Source of the DNA: Eledone cirrhosa
Lineage: Eukaryota
Assembly: GCA_964016885.1 (NCBI GenBank)
Contig: OZ024740.1
Location: 236,096,001 to 236,160,000 of the forward strand
Length of the DNA: 64,000 bases
Direction: 5' to 3'
This document shows positions 11,839 through 26,170 of this stretch, in pieces (position 1 is the first letter of the stretch; each line of letters opens with the position of its first letter). The position numbers were made by a program, and so were the translations under genes. The notes below the pieces were generated by a model. It saw only the letters and a program-made list of their open reading frames with translations, was not told the DNA's origin and did not search any database.

Positions 11839-13262
11839 ATAGTTGACCTTACTGTGATTTGAACTTAGAGCATAGAAAGTCATAATAAATGCTGTAAATC
11901 CAACTCTCTAACAACTCTGTCAATTCATCACTAAGTAGATGCATAATTTTAATTATTTTGGCAAGTATGGGAGACAACTCTAGATATTTTTCAGTCTAAT
12001 TAGACTTTCTTTGTGAAGTATAGACACATGTAGGTGTGAAAAATTAGCATATTTCTGGAGTTAATGTTAACATATTCACTGTAGTTTTCTCTGTCATAGT
12101 TATTATTATGTTATTGTTGTTCAGTTCTGATGAAAAATATTTGAGCATCCAGGAGTGTTCTTCCTCTTTTAAAACAATACAGTGTCGGGTTGTTATTTCT
12201 AGCGACCATGTAGAAGCTCATATTCTGATGTTTTAAGGATTTAAGTTCTGCTTCCGAGAGTTTATTTTTTTATGTAGAATGTGCAGTATTTTTAGCCATT
12301 ACAAAAATATGTCAATCCCTTGGGTTTCCTAATGTCTTTTCTTAGCAATGTTTTGATAACTTCAGCTATTAATGGCATTCGTTATTGTATAGAGTTCCTG
12401 TTATTTCTTCAGAAATGATCAATCGTACATCACAGTTATAGTTCTTATTTTATTCAAATATTTCAAACCAGAAGTTTTCAATTTCTTCCTTTTGTGAAAT
12501 CTGTTCTGTTTCTATAAATATATATATTTTTTTTAGGATTTCGTTCTCTGTTATAAAATTCTTTCTATTTTCACTAAATATCTCATTTTGTATAAATTGC
12601 TTGTGTCTATTTTTGTATCATCTGATCCATCGAGATTTTGTGACAATTAGTTGTTTTAGATATTTCTCTAATTACTGTCTTATTTCTTCCTTATTTTAAC
12701 TCTGTGTTTCTTATATATCATTTCTGAATTTTTTTTTTTTTAAATTTATATTTGTCTAAACAGATTTCAGATTTCTGTTAGTATTGATTAAATCTTTCTG
12801 TTTAAGTTAATCAGTTTAGGTATGTTATTTTCAACAAATGATGACTATTCCTTCCTTTATTGAATATATTTTGTTCTGTCCTCACAGTTCTACAAGGGTA
12901 AAAGTGGATGTAAGCAGTGTATTTAAAATTAGAAACAATAATAATGGAGAATGTAAAAAAAAATCTAACTTGCTTACTGAAATGAATAAGTGAATACTTC
13001 AAAATAGGTGAATCAGGTACCACCCCAATCACATTTTTAAAAAATATTTGTATTTCTTTTGAAACAGCTCTTGGCTTTCTCTGCTTTTAACATTGGAGAT
13101 TCACCATTTTCCTTTTACTAACAAAATTCAGGTGGCTAAAGGAGTTGTCACCAGGAAGGGCATCCAGCTGTAAAATATTGCTTCAAAACGAACCCCATGA
13201 TAAGTACAAAGCCTATCATAGGGCTTGTAAAGCTAATCCCTACTTTAGCAGGGAATATGGCC

Positions 13263-13500
13263 TTAACTCTTTCATTACCATTTTTCTAATGAAAGACACT
13301 TCATATGATTTTCAAATAATTTTGAAAATAATCAAGAATTTATAGGGATTTAGTAATATAGCTATGGATGTATGGAGGTGAAGCTCCTGATGGAGTTGTA
13401 GGGGTGCAGTTATGGCATATGGTATGTCTTGGACATTTAAAACTTGGTAGAACTCATTTCCTCATCTCCTCTCTAGGTCTGAACTCACCCAATTTCTTCT

Positions 13501-13590
<90 letters not shown>

Positions 13591-14226
13591 CAATCAAATA
13601 TTGGACTGGTACTTTTTTTATTGATGAAAAATATAGTTGACCTTGGTGAGATTTTAACTCGGAGCACAGAGAACTAAAACAATACTGCAAAGCATTCAAT
13701 CTGATGTTTTAATGACTCTGTCAATTCATCACCTCAGTAAAATAGCTAATTTTCTCATTATTAAGCTGGTATTGAGCACATAACAAAAATTCTTCCATAA
13801 AATTATGAAGGCTTTTAGATACTGTATATACTCGACCGAGACCGTATAGCACCGAGACTGTCAGTAAACATCTCCTCACCCTCAACCACAATTTAACCCA
13901 ACAGCAGGCTGACTGTGGTTGTGTTGATGGTGGTGTTGATATGGGGGTGTAGTGCGCCATAGAGGCTGTCGGTGGTGTGTCAACCTCCTATTTTGTTTGA
14001 GAATTGGGCAAAAATCAAAACCCCATTTATAAGCCAAGGCAGCTAATCAACACATTGTTTAGATGGTTTATATAAGCAGACCTTGCTCTTTTACCATCGA
14101 TTTTTTTTTCACATATTCCTCAGCTTATATTCGAGTGTGTACAGCAAATATAAACATTTTCAAACAAACAGTTTTGTATTGTCAAATCAGAGGCAGTTTC
14201 AAGTAGTTTGGTATCAAAAGGGTTAA
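13263..14226 (+). mobile_element. piggyBac-like MITE interrupted by a (GA)n tract, a SINE and a pogo-like MITE
   Basis: TTAA-ctctttcattacc ... ggtatcaaaaggg-TTAA. Related pieces near 15286-15752, 22657-23230 and 25300-25507. A separate TTAA/CCCTTT MITE lies at 15372-15600. Confidence 0.55.
13820..14144. mobile_element. pogo/Tc2-like MITE
   Basis: TIRs ctgtatatactcga / tcgagtgtgtacag. Related copy at 25069-25199 (ccatatatactcaa / ttgagtatttatgg) with TA flanks. Confidence 0.55.
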
Positions 14227-15896
14227 AATGTAGCTTCATCTTCAGAATTACACAGAATGTTGGTTTTTATATGAAAGGCTCTTTATCAGGTTTCTGGGCT
14301 ATATTTCAAATTTATTGCAGCAATTGTATATTGCATTTACATTATGTATGAAGTGAAGATATGATTTACTTATTTTTACATCCTCCATTATCACTGGTCC
14401 CAATTTCTTTCACATTTACCGTCTAATACGTGTTACATAGTTTGATATAACTTACATATTTTATATTACATCATCTGTATTGTGAATAATTGCTAAATTG
14501 CTTTATTTGTATTTCTTAACTCTTCTTTCTTCTTATCTGTGATTAATTGTTCAGAAATGTCTGTGTTCATCCTTCAACCTTACAATTTCTTCCATTATTA
14601 ATATTATTCCTTCTATTAAATTTTCTAAACTGTTTCTGTTGTTCCTGTTATTTATATTTATTTAGGATTTAATTTCCTATCCTTTATAAGTTGTTGTTGT
14701 TTATATGTGAGTGTAGATATGTATGTCTATATGTCTACTTTGATTTTCCCTCCAAAAACTTGCACTTCACCTTGATCAAACAAAATTAGCATATATTCTA
14801 TGTATCCTCCATTCTGAAGTGCCATGACCCATCAAAATATTAACCCTCTCCCTCCTCCCCAACTTGAGAAACACTGGTCCATAGTGTTCACTTGGTTTGA
14901 AGGTTACTGTGTATATTTTATAGATGTTGGTATCTATATTTTTTGTGTTCTGGATCTTTTAGAAGTCAACTGTGCCTTTCATCCTTTTGAGGTTGATAAA
15001 AAAGTACCAGTCTAGTACTGGGGTCGATTCTTCCTCTATATATCTTTCTCATTTCCTCTCTCTCACTTTCTATCTTTCTCTGGAAGAAATCTGCTATACT
15101 CAGGCCTGGAGCGGGATGAGTTCTGCCAGGCTTAAAATTCCAACAAAACACTGTATGTCAACACGGCATCCCTATAACTTTATCAGGAGTTACGTGACCA
15201 TACATACATCTTTTAGAAATTATAAGCCTGCTTCTCAACCCTTGTTACTTTTTAAGTTATGTGGATATCTTGATGTTAATTATTCTTAACACAGTTTTTA
15301 CCATATTTCTTATGAATTATACACCCTCAGTGAGTTTCATCTTCTGGATTACCCAAGAATTTGAAGGGATTTAACCCTTTAGCATTCACATTACTCTATA
15401 TATACTATTATATTTTAATGGTAAATGCTTTACCTCACATAATTATCTCACATAATATCGAATCTATGAGATTTTGAAAGCATTTATTTTGAAAACAATA
15501 CCTTAACATCAGTTTGAGCGACCAGTTACAGCCAGTTTCAACAGAAAGAGGTATAGAATTCTGGCCGGTTTTGGCCGGTTTGAACACTAAAGGGATTTAA
15601 TATAATAATTTATTCATTATTATAAAGCTTGGGTCAGGAACATAACTTAATAAAATCTTCTTACATAGAATTATGAGGAAAAGTTTTAAATATGAAAATT
15701 TTAAAAGAGATTTTGTATCATGGGACCAGGCATGTTGGTATTGAGATGGTTAATACATGTTATCTAACTGTTAGTTATTTTTGTTTAATGATAAGTATCC
15801 TTTTTTTATAATATTAAGTTAAGTTTTCTTTGTCTTTTATGATATCTCTTCTTTTCTTATATTATGAAAACAAATATCATTATTCTTCTTTTGAAA

Positions 15897-16090
15897 GGGC
15901 GGTGGATTGGCAGTATCGGTAAAGGGTCGGACGCCATGCTTTCCAGCTTAGAGTTACGCCCCTTTATGGTCTGAGTTCAAATCCCGCCGAGGTTAACTTT
16001 GCCTTTCATCCTTACGAGGTCGATAAAATAAAGTACCAGTAATACACTGGGATAATTGCTGGCCTTGTACCAAAAGTAGAAACAATTATT
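15897..16090 (+). mobile_element. Full-length tRNA-derived SINE (second family) with TSD
   Basis: A-box-like tggcagtatcgg, B-box gagttcaaatcc, central gcctttcatccttacgaggtcgataaaataaagtaccag, and TSD attattcttcttttgaaa at 15879 and 16085. Other copies: 16370-16560 (-), 18195-18358 (-), 18377-18560 (-), 25550-26200 (-), 30105-30325 (+), 54680-54865 (-), 54882-55063 (-). Confidence 0.9.
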
Positions 16091-17340
16091 CTTCTTTTGA
16101 AAAGGAGAGATGGACAGTTTTCTCTATCTGGTTGTTATGGCAAACATGGTAATTTCAGGTATATAGTTGAAAGGGCTAAGGGAATGTTTTTTTTCCCTTC
16201 CAAGCAAAACCTCAACTTCTTGAAGTACCGCATGAAGTGGATTGAAAGTGAAGACAGAAATAATGTCCTCCAGCTAATTTTATGTAAGTTGTGTGGGAGT
16301 GATGAATATGGTTTGGATAAAAAGACAAACTTCTTGTTTCACTTAGGGGCTGGAGCTTTTCTAATAATAATAATAATTGTTTCTACTTTTTGGCACAAGG
16401 CCAGCAATTACCCAGTGCATTACTGGTACTTTATTTTATCGACCCCGTAAGGATGAAAGGCAAAGTTAACTTCGGTGGGATTTGAACTCAGAATGGCAAG
16501 GGCCGTAACTCTATGTTGCAAAGCATGGCGTCCGACCCTCTACCGATACTGCCAATTCACAATAATGATACCTGAGTTCATATAAAATTAGACAGAAATA
16601 TCAAGTGATATGTTGTTTTTGTTGTTGTTATTGTTATTGTTGTTTAGCCTCAGGTCTGGCCTGATCAAGGCAATCTATGATCAGAGATGTTATCCATCTT
16701 TTTTTCAAACATAGCATACTTAAATTTAGGACTACATATTGAATGTGATCTGGGCAAGTAGGTGTCTCCTTCTTTGTTTTGTACTACCGACAGCTATCTT
16801 AGAATAAACATCATTCTATGAGAGAACTCAGCTTCAAATATAAAATACAGAAATTCTTTTTTCTTTTTGTGGGGGAGAAGGAGGTTTATTTCTCAGGTAG
16901 GATGGGGGTTGAAAGAAGTTACTGAAGTAGCTTCTACATGGTTGTTGAACCTGCTATAAATAGCAGCTAACATTTCTCTCAAAATACCCCTTTATATCTT
17001 TCAAAAAGGTAGGAAACATTGGCTAGTGAAGACCATGACAGATTCTCTGAAAACAAGGAGGGGGGCAGGGGTTATGATTGAAATGCTTTCAATCATAGTT
17101 TGTTGAATCAGATCTGAGCTGCAGGCTAAAGCAGCAGCAACAACAACAAAAGCAACAATAACAAAATCTACATTAAATATGGTTATTTTAAGGGAGTTTT
17201 ACTTAAGAGAAGAAATTATAAATCATCCTAATTTCCACCAACTTTTGAAGTGTTTTAATGGCTGAATAAACAAACCATATCCAACTAAACAGCCAACCAT
17301 GAGAAATGATTTACTATCAACTTTTTTTATACAATAGCTA

Positions 17341-17538
17341 CAAGGGTCATCTGAAAAGTTCATAGGCTGACCAAAATACTCTTACAGAATGACCAAATGA
17401 GGTTTATTTTTTAACGTAGTCCCTAGAAAGAAACAATGCAGTTATTAATAAGGAAAGTTGAAATTAATGCATGCAAGATTTCACAGCTCTAGCATCACCC
17501 CTTCATAGTCAGCTTATGAACTTCTCAGCCTACCCTCA
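17341..17538. mobile_element. mariner-type MITE
   Basis: TA-caagggtcatctgaaaagttcataggctgac ... gtcagcttatgaacttctcagcctaccctca-TA. Confidence 0.7.
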
Positions 17539-17589
17539 TATATTAACACAACTAGACTTAATGTGTTCTGTTTTAAAGATACAATAGAC

Positions 17590-18018
17590 TCCCTAGTGAT
17601 GCGAAGTAATAGTAAACACCCACAAAATTATTAACCATCTTGCCAACAACAACCCTGAGCACATTTTTGAATTCCATGCAGGCATGCCTACAAAGTCAGA
17701 AAACAGCACAGCTCCCATGATTTTCAGAAACATTTTTCACACTCAGAGTTGCTGAAGCATGGAACAAACTACCTGCATCAGTTGTTAGCTGTCGAGACAC
17801 TTCATCCTTTAAAACCTCCATGCTTCCTGAAATTTGCCAATACTACACCTGATATCCCCCCCCCCCCTCCATACACACGCTCACATGCATATCATGACTC
17901 ATACACTGTTCACTTTCCTGATATTTGTACATTATTCTATGTACTATACATGCACCTTTGATGAGTTGTAGTGCACCTGAGCACTGTGCACAATAATTTC
18001 ATTATTATTATTATTATT
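17590..18018 (+). mobile_element. CR1-like LINE 3' fragment
   Basis: Translates as FTLRVAEAWNKLPASVVSCRDTSSFK, a typical CR1 ORF2 C-terminus. Ends in an (ATT)n tail. Confidence 0.7.
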
Positions 18019-18632
18019 ACCATTTTGCTACTAATTGGTTCTATATATTTCTTGATGACAACACCACCACCACCACCACCAGCATCACAACTACCACTGC
18101 TACTACCACTACCACCATTACTAGTATTACCACCTACCCCCACCCCCACCTCAACCACTAATACAACCACCACCACCAACACCACCACCACAATTAAATC
18201 GACCGCAGTGCATTACTGGTACTTTATTTTATTGATCCCTGTAAGTATGAAAGGCAAAGCTAACCTCAGTGGGAATTGAACTCAGAATATAAAGGGCCAT
18301 AGCTCTATGCCTCAAATCATGATGTACGACACTCTACCAATACTGCCGATCCACCAACGTTCTGATGCTAAATAATTGTTTCTACCTTTGGCACAAGGCC
18401 AGCAATTACCCAGTACATTACTGGTACTTTATTTTATCGACCCCGCAAGGATGAAAGGCAAAGTCAACCTCGGCGGGATTTGAACTCAGATCGTAAAGGG
18501 ACGTAACTATGCTGGAAAGCATGGCGTCCGACCCTCTACCGATACTGCCAATCCACCGCCGTTCTGAAGCTAAATAATAACAACAATAACCAATTTCAGC
18601 ATTTTCTTCTTCATATTATTGTCTTCATCACT

Positions 18633-18666
<34 letters not shown>

Positions 18667-19254
18667 ATATCATAGTCATCACCATCATCATCACCATAAC
18701 CATCCTAAATATCATCACCACTATGATGATGATAATGATAACCATCAATACCATAGAAAACCGTTTAGTGTATTCTAGCCCCACCTAATACATGACTCAA
18801 CTAAAGGATCTCCCTGGCTGCTATTTAATGCCTATATCCTGTTCAAGTTTTCGTGACCAACTAGATTCTTTCAAATTCAGCAAAATAAGCTGGAGAAAAG
18901 TAGAAACTTCCAATTCCATCACTCCTCATCCTTCTGTTCGTCATCTTTCCCCACCATTTTCTTCCTCTTCCTCTTTCAGTACAGTTCAATATCATATGTA
19001 ACAGCTCCTCATTCAAATATGGCAAATATTGATTTGATTCTGTTTGTATTACATCAAGCAGAGTAATGTCTGCAGTGTGAGTAACAACAGAAACAACAAT
19101 AACAACCAGAATACTAACAACAAAACTGAGCCAGAGAAGAAGCCTCTACAATTTTTTTTTACCAGCTAGAAATAGCAGCCAAGCTTCCCAGAATGTATAC
19201 TTTAAAAAATGGAAGCATAATTTAGATAATGTAATTATCAATATATATGTGAGG

Positions 19255-19302
19255 GATTGTGCTGATGAGAACCAGTTCAGTTTGAAATGCACATCCTCGA
19301 TT
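19255..19302 (+). ncRNA. Minimal type I hammerhead ribozyme
   Basis: gattgtg-CTGATGA-gaac-cagttca-gttt-GAAA-tgcaca-TC-ctcgatt. AUC triplet, one mismatch in stem I. Confidence 0.65.
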
Positions 19303-19492
19303 GTCCCTCTTGCTTCTGCTGGACACCACCAGACGGCATTAGTCGCAGGTGGTTTTGGCCTAGCTTATGGCTCTCTAAATGTTTATTTTAAACATACTGT
19401 ATTTCTTCTGAAATACGAAATCCAAATACATATATGTATACAACTATGCTTGAAGGTAAATTGTAATTCTATTACATATATATATATATATA

Positions 19493-19790
19493 TGGAGGCA
19501 CATGGCTTAGTGGTTAGAGCATTGGCCTTGCAATCGAAAGGTTGTGAGTTCAATTCTCAGATCGGGTGATGTGTTGTTTCCTTGAGCAAGACACTTTATT
19601 TCACATTGCTCCAGTTTACTCAGCTGTAGAAATGAGATGCAAAGTGGTCATGGAGGTGCCACGGCAAAAATCACCCAGCACTCACTGTAAATGAGATTGG
19701 TGTTAGGAAGGGCATCCAGAATCAGTTCTGGTCCCACCTTTGCAAGCAGGGAAAAGTGGATGTAAAATGATGATGATGATGATGATGATA
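19493..19790 (+). mobile_element. tRNA/CORE-like SINE with RTE-derived 3' part
   Basis: A-box tggcttagtgg, B-box gagttcaattc, and CORE-like ccttgagcaagacacttt. Copies at 51478-51820 and 55610-55990. Confidence 0.9.
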
Positions 19791-22700
19791 TATACACATA
19801 TATATGAAAAATTCAGTACCCCGACTGCTGAGCTCCAGCAATGGCTGACGGATAGATCCAAACCACACCCTTTCTCCCTCTCATTTTTACTCTCCCTCTC
19901 TCTGCTAGCCACTCCACTGTTTCTCTCGCCTTTCCTCTCATCTGTCTCTTTCTCACTTACTTTTGTGGAGGTCAGATGTGTTTTTCTCATCCACACAGTC
20001 CAGTAGTTGATGTTGACTTTAATTTTTTCTCTCCCTTGAGTTGCTTATACACATGTGCTTTTGGCATCCTTCTTCGGCATATTGTTTTCCGGTTTTTTTC
20101 GCTGTTTTTTTTCCTTTTTGCCTTCTGTTATATATATTTTTTCTCTCTCTTCCTTTTTTTTCCCAATAACTTCCTTTAGTTATTGACGCACTGGGGCCTA
20201 GATATCTTGTCTTTAATGCATAGAAATATCCATGATCCTCATGATGAAGGAAAATTATCCCCCGTTCGTGCTTTCCTCTTGACAATGTCACTGGACAGAG
20301 ATCTTTGGCGCTACACAGTAATACAGAAGACCCGCCTTGCTAATGTACAAAGCGAAACCTACAGTCAGTAGGCACCTCCTAACCAAATATACACCCCAAT
20401 CCTCTACCCCTACCCTATCCTCCCACTCCCACCAACACCACCCTTTCTCTGTAAAGTTGGTAACACAACATCCAGTCCAAATAAATGAGATCAAGATCGA
20501 GATCGTGTAGGTGTCACGACAAAAAAAAAAAAAACCACGCTGTAATGTGGCCATGTAGGTAACACGGTAAAAAGTTCCCAGTTCCACACTGTAAATGTGG
20601 TTGGTGTTAGGAAGGGCATCCAGCCATAGAAAACCTGCCAGATAGTCCTATATGAGCGAGACACGGTCACCCGACCAACCTTGCCTCAAGTGGGACAACT
20701 CCCGTCTAATCCATGCTAGCGTGGAAGATGGACGTTAAACGATGATGATGATGATGATATATATATATATGTATATATATATACATATATATATAAGAAA
20801 GAGGATATGCTCCGAAATCAATAGACGTGTCCGAGGAACCTGCGAGTCTAGAGTCAGGTAGATCCACACACAGGTCGCACCTCAAGCTGTTCGTCAGGAA
20901 AACAATTGTAACACACAATAAATTGAGTTCCGATGCATCACTGATTTTTCGTCTTCCATTCTCTCTCTCTCTATATATATATATACTGAAAAGAAAACAA
21001 CATAAAGACTACTCATGACTGGAACACCATCAAAATTTCTTACATAAACATAAAGCAAGAAATTCTGATGGGTAGTGGGAGAAAAAACACTCAAACCATC
21101 ACCACTGGGGTTTTTATGTGGTTATGAGGCCAAGAATTGAAAGGAGCTGATCATCAGATTGGACCAAGAAAACTATGTTCCCATTGGTCTTTTTATTACT
21201 GATACTATCTGTTGCTTGCAACTCTTGACAGAAAGAGGTGAGATTTGAACTCAGAATGCACAGAGACATATCATATACTACCAGATATCCTGTCCAAATC
21301 TTTAACAATTTCACAAATCCCCTACCCTAACCTGGTACATTATTTATGAACTTGAAAAAAATGATAAGCAAAGTTAACCTCAACATGATTTGAATGTGGA
21401 ACCCAGAAAGCCAAAACAAACACAAAGTTATTTAACTGAGTGTTCTAATGAATTCCCCCCTGAGATGAGGTTAAAATACTGGACTATTGAACCACAGTAT
21501 CATTTGTTCAGATTTTACTGTTGTCATTATAGAGTAACCCTCAGCAATGTACTTAATTGTATTTTTATTTTAAAGGATTTTTGAGATGGCAAAAGAGAAG
21601 TACATATGACCTTTGTAAACTCTCCCAGACTTGTGTTGTTGATGCAGATCATGTTTAGCTTGAAGTTTTGTAGGTTGATGGGTGTGTGGGTGGGTTGGTG
21701 GTGGGGGTGTCATTGAATCCAACAATTCAGAGGGATGCAATTCTGGTGGAGGAAGGATTGGATGGAACATTGCAATTTTTTGTGGAGTGAGCCACCACAG
21801 AGGTGACCAGGACAAGAGGCATGACTCAGAATCTTCAGTTTTCCTGTCTACAACTATAGCAACAAGCATTTTAAGGCTATTTTCCCTGTTAAAACAGCGG
21901 TTAGCCTTGTGGGACCCATGACAAACTTTCCCATTTTGCCTTATCTTCTGCAACACCTCTCACCAACACTTTGGCTTTTATTTCCTCCTCTATCAGCTAT
22001 AGTTATGTCTTTCTTGGTCTTCTCCTTTCTCTACCTCCTTCAACATTTATTTCAACCATTCTTCTCACTTAGTTACTTTCATCTTTCCTCAACACATGAC
22101 CCAACTGCCTCATTCCATTTTTCTTCCAAACATTCATCACTGGCTCTTTTCCATCACTCTCTGCAATTCATTCTTTGTTCTCTGGTTGAGCAATAGTCCA
22201 TTGAACCAGTAACATTTCTGTGTTTTCCAGTCTTCCCTGTTTCCCTACATTCATCACCTATGTCTCACTCTCATAAATCATAACACTTCTCACACAGGCA
22301 GCTCATGTGTTTCAACCACATTCTTCTCCTAATTAGCATGCCACTCAGTTCCTGGAACTGACTGGACATAATAAAACAGCTTACATTCACTATTTCACAA
22401 TTCAGTAGTTAACAACAAGAAAGTCATTCAGTCATCCAACATCAAAAGCAACTGCTCCAATAAATAAATCATCTCAGTTGTACACAAGTCAGATTAAAAG
22501 ATCGGAAACATGTGCCTATGATCTTGAGAAGACCTCTTTTACTCAACTTCTATTTTTTTTTATTTTGCTCTGTTCATCATGTACTTTATATATGTATGAA
22601 TATATTTGTAGCCATACATAGATTATATGTATTTAGTGGGATGTTTACTAAAATACTTAACCCTTTCATGATCAGATTTCTAATGAAATACATTCTATTT

Positions 22701-24110
22701 CAATTAAATAATGAAGCATTTTGAGGGATTTATTAAACTAGGATTTTTTCAGCACGTTGACACGTAAGCTTATGTGTGTGTGTGTGTGTGTGTGTGCGTG
22801 TGTGTGTGTGTGTATGTGCATACATTTATATGTATGCGTATATATATATATATAAACATGCAAACACAGACACACTTACAAAAATACACACTCAGACATA
22901 CATTCACACAAACATACATTTACACAAACACACACATACACATACAGTCATATGCAGTGTAGCAAATGGAATACCAGCTGCTGTTTTGCTATAGTTTTTT
23001 CACCATCCCCTTCCTTCTTTTTACACACACATACATTCACATGCACGCACACATTTTGATGGGCAGACAGACAGAAGTCGCTCAAATTTATATATAGATT
23101 TGTTAATTATTCCATTAGTAAAATAAAATATGATTCTTATATAAAATTATGTTGGAAGATATAAATTTAAACTGGAATCCTTTAAATTGGCTGGTTTTGT
23201 TTCATAGAATTTGAGTCAGTTTTGGATTAATTAGAAGTTTGAAATTGGGACTACATTTCCTTAATAGTCTGGGTCTTTTACTAGTTTTGAGGCTCTACAT
23301 TTACATCAGGTCTTGGCCTATTACCAACTTTATATGTGCCTCTTCATATAAAAATTTGACAAAATGGTTGTAAAACACTAAGAGAAGACAAATTAATTAT
23401 TATACCTGTTATTAAAATTTTGCTTAAAAACTTGTATCATTAGTTCAATTTCAGATTGGTTCATCATCATTTTATATCCACTTTCCATAATAGTATGGGC
23501 TGGATGGTTTGTCACAATCTGGGACAATATGGTTGAAATACTATGCCTTGCGCATACATTCCATATTTTGGTATGGTTTATATGGTTGAATGCCTTTCCT
23601 AATGCCAGGCACTTTACAGAGTGTACTAGGTATATTTTATCATGGCACCAGTGCTATCACTCTATAATGTATACTGAGTACATTTTAGAGATTGTCATGT
23701 TCTCAGTAAGATTAAAGAGCTCTCTCTACTTTATAATGTATGTGTTCAGTTGCCAACCACTTTACAAAATGCATTGAATGCATTTTATCATGACATCAAC
23801 ACTAAAGAGGTTGTCAGGAAGTAATGAGTGGTTTTCAAATAAAAATTTATTTAAAAAAAAAATTTATGTTGTACAGTTGATTTTTTAAATTATAAATTGG
23901 TTGATTCTAGTTTGATTATTAGCAATTCCAATATTAGCCTTTATAAAAAAGATATTTTTCCTCTATTCACAGAAGGTAAACTGTCCAAAATGTTTGATTT
24001 TTCACTCCTCATGGCAAATTAACTTACTGCTAATTTATTTTTATCTACAAACTTCTATAAATTGGTTGGTTGAAACACTTGACACTTCTCAATTGAAATA
24101 TCTTCTTCAT

Positions 24111-24302
24111 AAACCCTCTGAATGGAAAAAGGGTGAGTATTGACGTACATGGGTCTCAAACCCATATCTTTGGTTTGCCAGACCACAGAGCTAACATTAC
24201 ACCAATACACCACCCACACTTTGGTGTAATGGTAGCACAGTTGTCTGACAAACCAAAATGTGGGTTTAAATACATCAATACCTTTTTCCATTCAGAGGGT
24301 TT
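24111..24302. repeat. Inverted pair of tRNA-like SINE heads
   Basis: The right arm begins tggtgtaatggtagcacagttgtctgacaaacc..gggtttaaatac. The left arm is its diverged reverse complement. Confidence 0.55.
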
Positions 24303-25765
24303 TTAAATCCCCACTAACAGACTAACTTTATTTAGTTAAATACAGCGTAAGCACATAATTCTACCTTATTTTCAAACTTCACTCCCTGTTTCATAAACAA
24401 AGCCTGCTTTGTCCCTCTCTATATATCTTCTTCATACTTTGACATTAAAAAACAAAATCATTCACTTACTTTATTTGACAATAACTACAGTTTAAGGAAG
24501 GGGCAATGAATTGGTGGAGTTGTTAAGATGTCAGATAGAATGCTCTACAGTATTAATTCTGGCTCTGCACTCTGAGTTTAAAACCCACCAAGATCAACTT
24601 TACCTTTCATCCTTTTGCGGTTGATAAAAGAAAGTACCAGTGCAGTATGGGGGTTGAATTTTCATCCATATCTCTTTCCCCTTTCCTCTCTCTCTCTCTC
24701 TGGCCTCAGAGAGTGAATGAGTTTCACTAGACTTCCATCGACTCTGAGTGCTCTGGTCACAATGATGGTATTAGTGTGAGGCCACACATTTGTTTGTGGG
24801 AAGTGTACAGTTGATTGTATTGAGCCCTAGTACTCAACAATTACTTAGTTATTAACATCTTGTAAGGATTTAGGACAAAATGTCTAGAAACAGATTTGTT
24901 AATTTAAATGTACATAGTATTGTTTACTTGTGAACAGATTTTTGTGAAAATTTGTAATATTAGAGGTAAAGATTGTAATTTTTCATGTGATACTATAATA
25001 ATACTGTTTTGTACTTTTCAAAAATATCTTACTGATGTGGTTTGATCCTGTACAGGACGTTACGAGTTACCATATATACTCAAATATATATGCCATCTAA
25101 ACAATGTGTTGATTGGTTGCCTCAGCTTATAAATGGAGTTTAAATGTTTGCCCAATTCTCAGATATAAAATGGTGGCTTATATTTGAGTATTTATGGTAA
25201 TTCATTGACCTCAAAAGATGAAAGGCAAAATCAACTTCAGCATGATTTGACATAATTTGTAATTTTTAATTAGGTGCCTCTGTCTGCATGATAGAAACAT
25301 AATTTTGTTACCATATTTCTGATGAAATACATTGCCTATGATTTCAAATAATTTTGTAAATAATTAAGAATTTGGAATGATTTAGTATTATAACTTTCTC
25401 ATTTTTAAGCTGATGTTTGGAACAAATTTTCTTATATAAAATTATGATGGAAGGCTTTTAGATAAATATAAGAGTGGTTTCAGGCAGTTTGATGTTGAAA
25501 GGATTAATTGAATATATTCAACTGTATAACAGCAAAGACAATGAATAACATAATAGTTTCTGATTTAGGCACAAGGCCAACAATTTTGGGGGCAGGGAAA
25601 GTTGATTAAATCAACCCCAATATATTACTGGTGCTTCATTTATCGACCCCATAAAGATGAAAGGCAAAGCTAACCTCAGCAGAATTTGAACCCAGAACGT
25701 AAAAGGCCATAACTCTATGCTGCAAAGCATGTTGTCTGACGTTCCAAGTAACAATTCAACCAATC

Positions 25766-26170
25766 TTGCTATATGGAAGTGAAACATGGACGCTTTCATA
25801 CAAACAACAAAAGCACCTTGATGGCACCTACACTAGCCTGCTTCGACTCATTCAGAACATAAGCTGGCGACATCTGACTTTGAAAGAAATATATGCCAGC
25901 CTCCCATGCATATCTGTCATTGTAGATAAATGGAGAGTAAGATTTGCTGGCCACTGTCATTGTGCCACCTATGAGGCTGTGTCCCCATTAGTGCTTTGGA
26001 AACCACAAACAATCACTAATAACAGGAGGTGCAAGCTCTCTTATCCCGATGTCATCTCCATTCTGGTATTGGAATCCAAGATTTGACAACGGCAATGAAT
26101 GACAGACCCACGTGGAGATTAATTGTTGAGTCGATTTTGGCTGAGGCTGCTGGATGATGATGATGATGAC
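25766..26170 (+). mobile_element. RTE-group LINE 3' fragment (third family) inserted in a SINE
   Basis: LYGSETWTL..LDGTYTSLLR..NISW..RVRFAGHC, followed by a (GAT)n tail. Confidence 0.75.

Noticed and set aside
12170-12830. Possible ancient L1-like ORF2 on the minus strand
   Set aside because: Only weak hints in very AT-rich sequence, with no motif I can read with confidence.
19493-19565. tRNA gene
   Set aside because: A and B boxes are present, but the sequence runs into a multi-copy SINE body, so it is a SINE head. The same applies at 15897, 51478, 54205 and 55610.
20830-20900. Minus-strand CTGACGA...ggacacgtc hammerhead-like motif
   Set aside because: GAAA is missing and stem I does not pair, so it is too degenerate to call.
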